A DNA stretch of 64,000 nt from a bacterium (GCA_018675685.1 JABGXP010000007.1:49283-113282), one strand, 5' to 3'; counted from the first letter of the stretch, positions 31,669-41,815 are shown. Program-made: numbers and translations. Notes: generated by a model not told the origin, from the sequence alone.

Positions 31669-32241
31669 TTATTTCTTAACTTCAAAATATGCTCTCGGAT
31701 GGTTACATGAAGGACAAAGAGAAGGGGACTCTTCATTGGTTTCAGAATAACCACATTTTCTACATTGCCAAACAACAGAGATTTCTTTTTTGAAAACAAG
31801 CCCTTGCTCAAGATCATTCAGAAATTTTTTATACCTATCTTCATGATTTTCTTCTGCTTTTGCGATTGAGCGAAGACGAACCGCGACTTTCGATATATCC
31901 TCTTCTTCGGCTACCTTGGCGAATTCCGGGTACATTGACGTGTGTTCATGGTTCTCCCCAGCAATTGCTGCTTTTAAATTCTCTTTTGTATCTCCTATTA
32001 TTGTAGGAACTTCTGTCTCAAGATTGATTGTGCTAAAATTTGGAGCACCATCTTTCAATTCATTTATCATTCTCATAAGCCATTTAGCATGTTCAGCTTC
32101 CTGGGTTGCTGTTGATTCAAAATTTGCCGCAATTTCTTCATAACCCTCCTTTTTTGCAATCTTTGCATACATAGTATAACGATTTCTTGCCTGACTTTCT
32201 CCCACGAAAGCTTTTGACAAATTTACAATTGTTTTTTCCAT
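31669..32241 (-). CDS. rbr: Rubrerythrin with C-terminal rubredoxin-like domain
   Basis: Diiron ferritin-like motifs (ESQARNRY, EAEHAKW, EHTSMYPEF, EENHEDRY) plus C-terminal CRKCG...CPSC. Confidence 0.85.
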   Translation of the reverse strand: MEKTIVNLSKAFVGESQARNRYTMYAKIAKKEGYEEIAANFESTATQEAEHAKWLMRMINELKDGAPNFSTINLETEVPTIIGDTKENLKAAIAGENHEHTSMYPEFAKVAEEEDISKVAVRLRSIAKAEENHEDRYKKFLNDLEQGLVFKKEISVVWQCRKCGYSETNEESPSLCPSCNHPRAYFEVKK

Positions 32242-32400
32242 TCGTTTTTCGATTTAATGTTAATATAAGATATATTTATTATAGCAAATGTATCAATAAA
32301 TTGTATTTAATATTTTACAAAATACTTTTAGTTACTATTCTATGAGCAAAACTCATCGCATATGAGCTTTCATAAAAAGATAAAGTATCCCAATATTTAT

Positions 32401-33495
32401 TTAATAAGTGGAGTACTTGTCTCCATATTTTTTTATTTTTCGTATGTGTTTTGAAAGTGTTTTATTTTTATATTTTCGTTCCTTTGCAAATGATAAAGTT
32501 TTTTTGCGGAGCTCTCTTTCCAATTCATTTTCGAGTTTAAGAAAATTTCGATAGCGGTTTTTATCAAGAACCCCTTCTTCTATGGCTTTTTTTATAGCGC
32601 ACCCCTCGGTCTTTTGATGATCACATTTATTGAACTTGCATTTTGTTTTTAATAGTTCGATATCATCAAAAGAAACATTTAATGATTTCGTTGGGCTAAT
32701 CCCAACCTCTCGCATACCAGGAGTATCAATTACAATGCCACCATTTGGTAGAATGAAGAGTTCTCGACGTGTTGTTGTATGTCTACCTCGTGAATCATCA
32801 TCTCGCACAGATTTCGTCGTTTGAACCTCACTATTTAAAAGGTTGTTGATAATTGTTGATTTTCCGGCGCCTGACGAACCAATAAAAACCACAGTTTCCA
32901 GAGGAGGTATATATTCCGATAAATTGTCAATTCCTGTTCCATTCTCTGCGCTAATCACAAGAAGTGTTATTTTTGGAAGAATCTCTTTTATTTTAGAAAT
33001 ATACTCGTCAACGTTATCAATCAAATCAACTTTATTTAAAACTACGATAGGCTTGCTGCCACCTTCTTCCACGATTGATAAATATCGCTCTAGTCTTCTA
33101 AGATTAAAATCATTATCAAGTCCTTGTATGATAAACGAGGTATCAATATTTGTGACTAGAATCTGTTCATTTATTGAATCCATTTTCCCTTTACGTGATA
33201 TTTTAGATTTTCTAGGCAAAATCTCTTTTATAATAGCTCTTCTCTCATTTGGCAATTTTTCAATCCTAACCCAATCACCAACTTTTGGTCGATTAGCAGG
33301 GACTTCGTCTTCATAGAGAACTTTCCCACGCAAAAAACCTTCAAGTTCACCTTGATCGCCCTGTAGTGTATATACGGATTTATTCTCAACTGTAATGCGA
33401 GCTATTTCATTGGAATCTACATTTAGAGCCTCTGAAATATCTTGGGAATATTTTTCCCAACCGAGTTCATTTATTGTAATAACTTCATCTTTCAT
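32401..33495 (-). CDS. rsgA: Ribosome small-subunit-dependent GTPase A
   Basis: Circularly permuted GTPase motifs (LNKVDL ... GSSGAGKSTIIN ... DTPG) and C-terminal zinc finger CKFNKCDHQKTEGC. Confidence 0.85.
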   Translation of the reverse strand: MKDEVITINELGWEKYSQDISEALNVDSNEIARITVENKSVYTLQGDQGELEGFLRGKVLYEDEVPANRPKVGDWVRIEKLPNERRAIIKEILPRKSKISRKGKMDSINEQILVTNIDTSFIIQGLDNDFNLRRLERYLSIVEEGGSKPIVVLNKVDLIDNVDEYISKIKEILPKITLLVISAENGTGIDNLSEYIPPLETVVFIGSSGAGKSTIINNLLNSEVQTTKSVRDDDSRGRHTTTRRELFILPNGGIVIDTPGMREVGISPTKSLNVSFDDIELLKTKCKFNKCDHQKTEGCAIKKAIEEGVLDKNRYRNFLKLENELERELRKKTLSFAKERKYKNKTLSKHIRKIKKYGDKYSTY

Positions 33496-33645
33496 ATTGG
33501 AACTATAACACGTTTTTAATTGTTAAGAAAGGTCTTTTTTCTTGACTTTCTGAACTTTTACTCTGTATAATATTATTCATAGTAGTTCTTAAGATATTTG
33601 TTGTAAAATCAAGAAGCGTAAACTCAACTACAGGGAGGTGTTTGT

Positions 33646-34827
33646 ATGAGAAAAAAAATTCTTGGGATTAATGGGTTAGGAAGAGTCGGTAAATTGATTC
33701 TCTGGACTAAAATATTTCAAAAAGAATTTGATGAAATTGTTGTAAATTTCGGAAGGGATGTAGGATGCTCATTTGATGATGTTATTGATTACATTGTCAA
33801 AGACTCTACTTACGGCCGTCTGGACGCTTATCTGTTCGGCGCAGCAAGTCGCCAGAGCGTTGAAGTCAGAGGAAATGAGGCCAAAAGATTCATTTTAATC
33901 AATGGTGTTAAAATCAACATCCTTACGACTCACAGAAACCCGAAGGAGATCGACTGGAGAGGAGCGGAGATAATCATTGATACTACCGGGAAGTTCAATT
34001 TTCCAGATCGGGACAAAGATCATCCAAAAGGCTCCGTTCGAGGTCACTTCGACAACCCAACTGTAAAAAAAGTGGTTATCTCATCACCCTTTAAATTAGA
34101 CGAGGGAGATAAATTGCCGAAAGACTCAACGATGGTGGTGCTTGGCATCAATGGTCATGACTACAAACCCAAACAGCATCACATTATCTCAAATGCATCC
34201 TGCACAACAACTTGCTTGGTGCACATGTTCAAACCCTTACTTCAATGCTATGGTCCTTCAGCATTGACATCTTTTGCAATGGATACAATCCATGCTGAGA
34301 CTGGGAAGCAAACAGTACTTGACTGTGTTCCTGCTGCAGGTGAAAGTGATCCGTGCAAAAGCCGGTCCGCATTCAATAATATTTTTCTGACAACCACCGG
34401 TGCCGCCAATGCTATAAAGTATGTTTTGCCTGAAATTGCAGAGGTACCATTTATTGCTCAGTCAATTCGGGTGCCGACTATCACAGGCTCTTTAGTTGTT
34501 TTGACATCGGAGATGCAACCGCAAAATGACATTGAACCTACGAAGGAGAATATAAACCGAGTATACAAAAAACTTGCGGATGTAGATACAAAAGGTTATC
34601 TGAGATTTAGTAGCGAGAGGAATGTCTCAAGTGATATCATCGGATCGCCTGCTGCTGCGACGATTATTGAGGGCTCCCAAACCCAAGCCGTCGTTGTAGG
34701 TGAAGCACGAACTAATAGCTTTGCTCCTCAAAAAATCAGAGTTTTTGGTTGGTATGATAATGAACTTGGAAGTTACGTGAATATGCTCTCAGATCAAATA
34801 TCTGTGGTTGCCGCATCAATTGAATAA
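33646..34827 (+). CDS. gap: Glyceraldehyde-3-phosphate dehydrogenase (type I) with lineage-specific insertions
   Basis: GINGLGRVGK NAD-binding motif, catalytic SNASCTTTCL, TGAANAI and RVPT motifs; 393 aa, longer than canonical. Confidence 0.8.
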   Translation: MRKKILGINGLGRVGKLILWTKIFQKEFDEIVVNFGRDVGCSFDDVIDYIVKDSTYGRLDAYLFGAASRQSVEVRGNEAKRFILINGVKINILTTHRNPKEIDWRGAEIIIDTTGKFNFPDRDKDHPKGSVRGHFDNPTVKKVVISSPFKLDEGDKLPKDSTMVVLGINGHDYKPKQHHIISNASCTTTCLVHMFKPLLQCYGPSALTSFAMDTIHAETGKQTVLDCVPAAGESDPCKSRSAFNNIFLTTTGAANAIKYVLPEIAEVPFIAQSIRVPTITGSLVVLTSEMQPQNDIEPTKENINRVYKKLADVDTKGYLRFSSERNVSSDIIGSPAAATIIEGSQTQAVVVGEARTNSFAPQKIRVFGWYDNELGSYVNMLSDQISVVAASIE

Positions 34828-35042
34828 CAAATAGAATCTTTCAGGAAGGGAGGTCAACGAATTAACTATTCGCTGACCTCCTATTTTTATAATAAATGGT
34901 TATGCATAAAAAAGTATAAAAAGGTTGATTTTTTGCTAATAATCCTCTAATCTTGAACGAAAAGGGAGGATTGAGCAAATGCTTGATTCGCTGTTCTTTA
35001 AACCGGTTGAAAGATTCAACCAATAATAAAAAGAGGTGAAGA

Positions 35043-36326
35043 ATGAGTTTAAAACGAGGAGCTTTTGAAGCTGCACTTGAAATTGGTAGACCGCCAAACA
35101 TTAAGAGTCTTTTTCCAAATTCCAAGGCACTCATCGTCAGTGGAAAATATATTGACAGGGCGATGAGAACAAAGTCCGGTTCAATGGCAGTAGCCGTGAA
35201 TGGCAGAAGTTACTTTATTATTCGTGGGGCACTTCTGGCAGCAAATGCCACTGATTCAGCACTGATTATTGAAATTGCCCGTTCTGAAGGTGGTGCTGAT
35301 GCGTATTGTGCTGTCAATTTCTGGAACATTGCCAGAATTGTAGATGCACTTTGTAATCAGTTTAACATTCGGATTCCTGTGGCGATTCATGCAGATCACT
35401 ATGGGATTAAACACATGAATCAGTTTCAAGCAGCAAGTATTGAAATTCCAACGTTGTTCGATGCCGGAATTTCATCGATTGCAATTGATGCATCACACAT
35501 GCCTGACGACGAAAACCTTTTGATGAATATTTTATTGCATCCGTTCATTCCCGATTGGGCTGGGTTTGAAACGGAAATAGGTGAAATCAAAGGGAAGACA
35601 GGTCTTTCGACTGTGCAAGAAGCCAAGTTTTTGATTTGTGGATTAAATGCCCATGATATTTTCCCAGATTGGATCGCACTGAATAATGGTACAACTCATG
35701 GAATTGAAAAGGGTTCTGAGGGAATTCAGGTCGATCTGACTGCCAAGATTCACAGTGCACTTGCACCGTTCAAGGTTTCAGGTGCTCAGCATGGTACTAG
35801 CGGGAACAGTTCTGAGCGGTTGAGAAAAATCGCAATGAACACTTCAACCACAAAAGCCAATCTTGCGACGGCATTGCAATATATTTCCTGGGGAAGTAAA
35901 GTTGATGATTATGGGAATTGCGTGATGGGTAGCGATGGTGAATTCGTTAAACTGCCAGGTTGTGGCATGACCGACAAACTCTGGAAAGAAATGTTTGATT
36001 ATGCTTGGGAGCATAAATTTAAAATTGGCGACATGAAGAAATTATGTCGTCCATTCGAAAACAAACTACTCGGCCAATCCGAAGAAATTCAAAAAAGAAT
36101 GACTACGGGCATAACAGATTTCTTATCACCATTCATGAAAGACGTCTGCAATTCTAGTGGGACTGGCTCACTGGTTATTGAAAGAATCCTCGAAACAGGT
36201 TCCTATGACCTGGGTCCAAAAATTGGGAGAACTGAAGATCCAGCTGAATGGACTGAGGAAAAAATTGCCGAAAGAATTAAAGAAATTGACCAAAATAAAG
36301 GCAAGGAAGGCGATTTTAGTGAATAA
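35043..36326 (+). CDS. Class II fructose-bisphosphate aldolase family protein
   Basis: Collinear class II FBA motifs: AVAVNG, PVAIHADHY, IAIDASH, ETEIGEIKG, NNGTTHG. Confidence 0.7.
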   Translation: MSLKRGAFEAALEIGRPPNIKSLFPNSKALIVSGKYIDRAMRTKSGSMAVAVNGRSYFIIRGALLAANATDSALIIEIARSEGGADAYCAVNFWNIARIVDALCNQFNIRIPVAIHADHYGIKHMNQFQAASIEIPTLFDAGISSIAIDASHMPDDENLLMNILLHPFIPDWAGFETEIGEIKGKTGLSTVQEAKFLICGLNAHDIFPDWIALNNGTTHGIEKGSEGIQVDLTAKIHSALAPFKVSGAQHGTSGNSSERLRKIAMNTSTTKANLATALQYISWGSKVDDYGNCVMGSDGEFVKLPGCGMTDKLWKEMFDYAWEHKFKIGDMKKLCRPFENKLLGQSEEIQKRMTTGITDFLSPFMKDVCNSSGTGSLVIERILETGSYDLGPKIGRTEDPAEWTEEKIAERIKEIDQNKGKEGDFSE

Positions 36327-36344
36327 TTCACATCTATGTAACAA

Positions 36345-36392
36345 AACAGGAATTGAGCATATCATTTTGCACGATTCCTGTTTTTTATTTTT
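36345..36392. terminator. Bidirectional terminator between fba (+) and the metallophosphoesterase gene (-)
   Basis: AACAGGAAT...ATTCCTGTT 9-bp stem followed by TTTTTTATTTTT. Confidence 0.6.
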
Positions 36393-36409
36393 GAAAATAT
36401 TTCAGAAGG

Positions 36410-37108
36410 TCAAAAATGTTTATTTATTTTTATAACATCTTTATCAATCGTTATGTAGCCCGCTGGGATATCAGTCCAGCATCCACAATTGTAGTAGCGT
36501 GTTTCACCACTTCTTTTTTTGAGTGTTTTATGAGTGTGTCCACAGAAAATAAAATTAACACCTTTAATCTTTGCATAAAGAAGAGCCCTCTTCGCAACTT
36601 TTTTCGAAAGTCTAAGCCAACCCTTACTTTTACCTTTAATGAAACGACTCACTCTTTTATCCTGGAAATCAACAATTTGGATTATGTTATAGGCCTGATT
36701 TGCAATAAATCCGAGAAACTCATTATTGATTAGAAAATTATCAAATTGATGTCCGTGCATCGCTAAATATTTTTTACCCTGATAACTCCAGTAATAAGCC
36801 TTTTTTACACGAGCTCCTGTGAGGCTAGCAAAAATTTTTGCAAGTCCCTGATCATGATTTCCTTCAACCCAAATTATTTTCTTGGTTTTGGAAAGTTTTC
36901 CAATTAGCGATAAGAACTTCCAATCATCTTCCTTCAAATGGCTGAAGTCTAGGTCTTCAAAAATATCTCCTAGTAGGATTAACTTTCTAAACTGATAACT
37001 TTTTAAAAACGTAGCAACTCTTTTGCTACGACTCACCTTTGAACCTAGATGCAAATCAGAAATAATTAAGGTATGAGTTTTGTTGGGAGGCGATTTTGGT
37101 TTTACCAT
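36410..37108 (-). CDS. Calcineurin-like metallophosphoesterase
   Basis: Motifs LIISDLHLG, LGDIFED, GNHD, HGH...GHTH. Confidence 0.7.
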   Translation of the reverse strand: MVKPKSPPNKTHTLIISDLHLGSKVSRSKRVATFLKSYQFRKLILLGDIFEDLDFSHLKEDDWKFLSLIGKLSKTKKIIWVEGNHDQGLAKIFASLTGARVKKAYYWSYQGKKYLAMHGHQFDNFLINNEFLGFIANQAYNIIQIVDFQDKRVSRFIKGKSKGWLRLSKKVAKRALLYAKIKGVNFIFCGHTHKTLKKRSGETRYYNCGCWTDIPAGYITIDKDVIKINKHF

Positions 37109-37310
37109 TTTTTATTTTGATGTTTAATATCTATATAGTAACACAAGAACTGGTTTTTTAGGAAAAATTATTTCCCCTATTTTTCTAAAGACTAAAAATT
37201 CGAGCTTTGGTCATGCCGGAGTCTTTGATAAAAGTCAGGATTTCGGATTAAAAAAAGTCGCACAGAGCAATTGCTCTCTGCGACTTCTAGTTTCTTGTAC
37301 AAAAGTCCCA

Positions 37311-37745
37311 TCATTTTGACTGGGGACAATAAATTGATTCAATCTTGTGTTTACCTGCTGGTTCTGAATAGTACAACATTTCAATAAATGCAATTTTCGA
37401 TGCTGGAAAATCTTTTTTCCAGCGCTGGTCTATTTCTTCAGAGAATTCCAAAGACGAAGGATGCGTGTTGGTTTCGAACCATTTGCTGAGATTGCAACTT
37501 TTACCATTTCGATCACTGAGGCATATTTCCACTACATGGAGAAACCCGTCCTCTTTATCATTGAAAGAAACAATTAAAGCAAATGACTCATTGCTTTTAA
37601 GTCCCAGATCTTTTTTGAGTATAACTCTAACATGGGGGCTTAAAACTACCAAGGCAGTTGATTCCGTATTATTTTTTCTAACACAAGCAGAAAAAATGAG
37701 AGTCAAAACCATAAATACTAAAAATAATAATTTACTGATTTTCAT
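37311..37745 (-). CDS. Hypothetical secreted/lipoprotein
   Basis: Signal peptide with SAC lipobox-like site (LIFSACV); last gene of a three-gene small-protein operon. Confidence 0.35.
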   Translation of the reverse strand: MKISKLLFLVFMVLTLIFSACVRKNNTESTALVVLSPHVRVILKKDLGLKSNESFALIVSFNDKEDGFLHVVEICLSDRNGKSCNLSKWFETNTHPSSLEFSEEIDQRWKKDFPASKIAFIEMLYYSEPAGKHKIESIYCPQSK

Positions 37746-37773
37746 AGACGTCCTCCTGTTCTAGGTGTTTGAA

Positions 37774-37971
37774 TCACCTTGTTTTTGTTTGAGACTCACA
37801 AGACCAACATGTGCAACCATAACCGTGGTTTCCGCCTGGGAGAGTCCCTTCTAGACCACTAAGGTTATCAGGAATCTCCATCTCTATGCATGATGGCTTC
37901 GAGGAAGTTCTCTGCGACTTCACTTTGCTGTTTCCGAACAATGCTTCACATAATAATTTAAAAAGATCCAT
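37774..37971 (-). CDS. Small Cys-rich peptide (65 aa), hypothetical
   Basis: C-terminal GNHGYGCTCWSCES cluster plus two upstream Cys; starts 2 bp after the upstream gene's stop. Confidence 0.35.
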   Translation of the reverse strand: MDLFKLLCEALFGNSKVKSQRTSSKPSCIEMEIPDNLSGLEGTLPGGNHGYGCTCWSCESQTKTR

Positions 37972-37973
37972 TC

Positions 37974-38243
37974 TTATTTTTCTCCTTCTATGATAGTGTG
38001 CTGTCCATTTTCGAAGATTGTCTTGAAAAAATATTCAACATTCTTGTCTTTTGGAATACCGACAAAAGTTCCAATATTTTCTTTTCTATCAAAAGCGATG
38101 CAGTGGCCTTTTGACAAAGAAGCCTTTATCCACTCAACAGTGCCATTTTTCAGCATGCAATCACTCTCAACCAAAGGGTCGAAAGAATAGGTCTTTCCAG
38201 GGATGAATCCCAAGATTTTTTTGCTCATAAATCCTGTGTTCAT
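37974..38243 (-). CDS. Small hypothetical protein (89 aa)
   Basis: Strong RBS AAGGAG 11 nt upstream of the ATG; first gene of the three-gene operon. Confidence 0.4.
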   Translation of the reverse strand: MNTGFMSKKILGFIPGKTYSFDPLVESDCMLKNGTVEWIKASLSKGHCIAFDRKENIGTFVGIPKDKNVEYFFKTIFENGQHTIIEGEK

Positions 38244-38438
38244 AGCATTTTTCTCCTTTATGTAAACATTAAGTAATAGGTACTAATTTTGCTTATAACT
38301 TTAACACATTACTCACTATTTGTCAATCTATGAAAACTTTTTTTAACATAAATCGTTATACTTAGTGAATGATGATTTAAATATCTGCCGCGGAGACTAG
38401 AATCATCTTTTCAGTTAAATAATCTAAGAATAAAAAAA

Positions 38439-38918
38439 ATGAACAAGAAAAAATTGTTAATCCCTTCAGTTATTGGCCTTGCAGCTTTGACAGCAGTTGT
38501 TGCTCTCGGTGCAGATAATACTCTAGCATATCGTGGAGATTACTCTAAGCAAGGACCAAATTATTCCGAAGAAAGGCATGAAATTATGGAGAAAGCTTTC
38601 GAAGGGAGTGATTATGACGCTTGGAAGGAACAGATGGATGGAAGAGGAAGAGTGACTGAGGTTGTAACCGAAGAAAACTTCAATCGTTTTGCCGAGGCTC
38701 ATAAACTAGGGCAGGAAGGTAAAACCGTCGAGGCTGATGAAATCAGAAAAGAATTAGGACTTCGAACAAGCGATGGAGAATCACTTGGACGAGGTCATGG
38801 TAAAGGTGAAGGAAAAGTTCAAGGAAATGGAAATGGAAACGGAAAAAATCGTGGACAAAATAATAAGGGTAATTTCATCGACAACGATGGAGACGGTAAT
38901 TGTGATAATTTGAAATAA
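38439..38918 (+). CDS. Secreted protein with Gly/Asn-rich low-complexity C-terminus
   Basis: Signal peptide (ALGADNTLA); GNGNGNGKNRGQNNKGNFIDNDGDGNCDN tail. Confidence 0.4.
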   Translation: MNKKKLLIPSVIGLAALTAVVALGADNTLAYRGDYSKQGPNYSEERHEIMEKAFEGSDYDAWKEQMDGRGRVTEVVTEENFNRFAEAHKLGQEGKTVEADEIRKELGLRTSDGESLGRGHGKGEGKVQGNGNGNGKNRGQNNKGNFIDNDGDGNCDNLK

Positions 38919-39015
38919 TCAATTTATACAAAAGAGAGGAAAGTCCATTTTCCTCTCTTAAAATAAGTTAATTAATTTCCTAGTAATCATTAGGTTAAAA
39001 TCAATAAAGAATAAT

Positions 39016-40296
39016 ATGAAAATCTTGAAAAGAAATATTTCAACACGTTTTATTTCTCAGTTATTTGTTGTTGTCACAGTTGTCTTATTAGCTCTAACGC
39101 ATCAATTTTTCGGAATTGAAAAAGCAGCTCCAATTGATGCATATTGTCCATTTGGGGCAGTGGAAAGTTTTTTTACTTTGTTATTTAAAGGAGAGTTTTT
39201 GAAAAGAATTTTTACTAGTTCATTCATCCTGATGGGGATTTTCTTGTTTGCCAATTTCTTTTTGGGTAGAATTTTTTGTGGTTATTTTTGCCCTTTAGGA
39301 GCAATTCAAGAATGGCTCAGAGCGCTCGGGAGAAAAATTGGTTTTAAAAAAGATTTTGAAATTCCCAAAGAACTGGATAGATATCTAAGATATCTAAAAT
39401 ATCTCATCCTTCTAATCATCGTTTACTATTCGTTCTATCTAGGAGATTTAGTTTTCAGAAATTACGATCCATACACTTCACTTATGCATTTTGGAGGTGA
39501 GTTTAAAGAGAAGATTGTTGGATATTTGATCTTGATGCTTGTATTGTTTTCAGCTTTATTTTCCAAGAGTCTATGGTGTCGATACTTTTGCCCTTTGGGA
39601 GCATTCTTTGGCATAATGAAAAAACTTAGCTTTCTAAAAATTGAAAGAAATTCCAAGTCTTGTATTAGTTGCGGAATTTGTGACAAGACTTGTCCGGCTA
39701 ATTTAGAAATTAAAACTGCTAAGATTGTTAAGAATGCTGATTGTATCAGTTGCGGAAAGTGCATAGGAGATTGTCCGAAAAGTAGCTTGGGTTATACAAC
39801 CATGGGGAAAAAGATTTCCAGAAATCTTTTTTTGAAATTAATCATTATGTTAGTTGTTATCCCCTTAATTATTGCGCCTTTTACTCCTTTTTGGAAAACT
39901 AAACCAGAGTCGAATATTGTAAATATTAAGGGAGAAGTGAATACTGCTGACATCAGAGGAAGTAACACTCTAAATTATGTCATTAAGACAACAAAGGTTC
40001 CGCTATCTGAATTTCAAAAAAAATTAGCTCTTCCAAAAGATGTAGACACTTCTTTGAAGTTAAAATTAATCGGTCCAGAATATGGATTGAAAAACAAGGA
40101 AGGTGCAGTTCTAGAAACGGAGGATTTTAGAAAAGTTATTGATGGATATATTATTGAGGAAAAAGCAGGAGAAGATAGGAGCATGAAAAAGTATGAGCCA
40201 GATTGCGTGTTTGGAGAAGTGGAGTGTGAATTTCCTGGAGACTGTGCTAGCTATATAGACGTCAACAAGGATAGGGTCTGTGATCACTCTCAATAA
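39016..40296 (+). CDS. Membrane-bound polyferredoxin (NapH/MauN/NosR-like 4Fe-4S protein) with Cys-containing C-terminal extension
   Basis: TM helices interleaved with CPFGA, CGYFCPLGA, CRYFCPLGAF motifs and two CxxCxxC(D)xxCP ferredoxin motifs; ~140-aa C-terminal extension with four more Cys. Confidence 0.7.
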   Translation: MKILKRNISTRFISQLFVVVTVVLLALTHQFFGIEKAAPIDAYCPFGAVESFFTLLFKGEFLKRIFTSSFILMGIFLFANFFLGRIFCGYFCPLGAIQEWLRALGRKIGFKKDFEIPKELDRYLRYLKYLILLIIVYYSFYLGDLVFRNYDPYTSLMHFGGEFKEKIVGYLILMLVLFSALFSKSLWCRYFCPLGAFFGIMKKLSFLKIERNSKSCISCGICDKTCPANLEIKTAKIVKNADCISCGKCIGDCPKSSLGYTTMGKKISRNLFLKLIIMLVVIPLIIAPFTPFWKTKPESNIVNIKGEVNTADIRGSNTLNYVIKTTKVPLSEFQKKLALPKDVDTSLKLKLIGPEYGLKNKEGAVLETEDFRKVIDGYIIEEKAGEDRSMKKYEPDCVFGEVECEFPGDCASYIDVNKDRVCDHSQ

Positions 40297-40364
40297 AGTT
40301 TATTATATGGTAAAGTTACAGTAAGTTAGTAGAAAAGTAGTCAAGGCGAAAGAACACAATTTTT

Positions 40365-40955
40365 ATGAAATTAGAGCATAATTTTATTGATAAAAATGAT
40401 TTTGAATTAATCGAATTAGCAAAACAAGATTCGGAATATTTTGGAATTTTAATGAGTCGGTATCAGGAAAAATTGTTTTGGTATGTGAAAAGAATTTCCT
40501 ATTTTACTAATGAGGATATCGAGGACATTTTGCAAGAAGTGCTTATCAAAGCCTATAGAAATTTAAATGAGTTTGATGCTTCTTTCAAATTTTCTAGTTG
40601 GATTTATCGAGTTACACATAATCGAGTCGTTGATGAAATCAGAAAAAGAAAGCGCCAAAAAGAAGGCTTGTTTGATGAATTAAAGGAAAGCGATGTAGAG
40701 GCTTTTCTTAGGTCCAGTATTGATTTAGAGCAAAAAACACTTTCGAAAGATTGTTTTAAGAAAGCCAGAGAGGCGATAGAAAAGCTACCTTTAAAATATC
40801 GAGAAGCGATGATACTTAGATTTTTAGAGGAGAAAAATTACGAGGAAATTATGGATATTTTAGAGAGGCCAAAAGGTTCTGTGGCAACGCTGATTGCTAG
40901 AGGAAAGAAGATTCTAAAAAGAGAATTAAAACAAGTTAGAATTGATTGCTTATAA
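40365..40955 (+). CDS. ECF-type sigma-70 family factor, paralog of 29141-29719
   Basis: Shares DIEDI.Q...IK.Y.NLN.FD.SFKFSSWIYR and C-terminal SYEEIMDI..PKG..ATLI.RG.K blocks with the other sigma. Confidence 0.8.
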   Translation: MKLEHNFIDKNDFELIELAKQDSEYFGILMSRYQEKLFWYVKRISYFTNEDIEDILQEVLIKAYRNLNEFDASFKFSSWIYRVTHNRVVDEIRKRKRQKEGLFDELKESDVEAFLRSSIDLEQKTLSKDCFKKAREAIEKLPLKYREAMILRFLEEKNYEEIMDILERPKGSVATLIARGKKILKRELKQVRIDCL

Positions 40956-40975
40956 GAATTTCAACCAAAAATAAG

Positions 40976-41713
40976 ATGAAAAATTTTATTAAAAAAGGTT
41001 TAGAAAAAATCAAGAAAGAAAAAATAGAACCGACTGCAAGTTGGAAGTTTAGCCTTCAAAATTTTTTCTGGTGGTTAGCTTTTAGTTTTTCAATCTTAGC
41101 TGGAGGAGTTTCAATTTCTATTCTGACCTTTCTTATTGCAGAGCTCGATTGGCAAATATATGCTAATTTAGGAAATAGCTCCTTGGAAACTTTTTTAATA
41201 ATGTTTCCACATTTTTGGATTATCTTCCTAGGGCTTTTTATGGTTATTTCATATCAGAATTTGCGTCACACAAGAAAAGGTTATCATTATGAAGTAGTAC
41301 TTGTGACGGCAGTGATTATCGGCGGTAGTTTATTTTTAGGCGCAGTGTTGTATTTCTCTGGATTAAACCAGAAGTTAAACCAAATTTTTCTTGAAAGCAT
41401 CCCAGGATATGAAAATGTGATTCATACTAAAGAAGACCAATGGTCTCAACCAAAAAAGGGCTTGCTCTCAGGAGAAATTGTTTCAAAAAAAACAGTAGAA
41501 GAATCTCAAGTATTAATTTTAAAAAACATTAAAAGTGGAACTTGGAAAATTTTTATTAATGACAACACCCAAGTTCGTGGGAGAGTAAGACTGGAGGAAG
41601 GTGAAAAAATCAAAGTTATTGGGAGGCAAAAAAAAGAAAAAAGCGATTTTGAAGCGATGGAAATCAGACCGTGGGAGGGCATGGGTCATAACAGAAAAAA
41701 TGATAATAAATAA
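40976..41713 (+). CDS. Membrane protein cognate to the second ECF sigma (putative anti-sigma factor), paralog of 29725-30510
   Basis: Starts ~20 bp after the sigma gene; 4 TM helices plus a C-terminal domain; start at MKNFIKKG. Confidence 0.45.
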   Translation: MKNFIKKGLEKIKKEKIEPTASWKFSLQNFFWWLAFSFSILAGGVSISILTFLIAELDWQIYANLGNSSLETFLIMFPHFWIIFLGLFMVISYQNLRHTRKGYHYEVVLVTAVIIGGSLFLGAVLYFSGLNQKLNQIFLESIPGYENVIHTKEDQWSQPKKGLLSGEIVSKKTVEESQVLILKNIKSGTWKIFINDNTQVRGRVRLEEGEKIKVIGRQKKEKSDFEAMEIRPWEGMGHNRKNDNK

Positions 41714-41815
41714 AATATCGAGAAAGAAAGTGCTTTATTTTTTGCCTAACATGGTAGCATCTAATTTTCTGTGCTAAAATGATAGCGCTGTTAACTCTAT
41801 AGGTATTCGATTTAA

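Noticed and set aside
31175-31817. Long forms of overlapping ORFs (31251-31817 full length; 31175-31483)
   Set aside because: The full-length 188-aa form would overlap rubrerythrin by 150 bp in another frame. The internal start MTKRNQ gives a canonical 135-aa desulfoferrodoxin beginning 10 bp after the rbr stop; 31175-31483 is an alternative frame.
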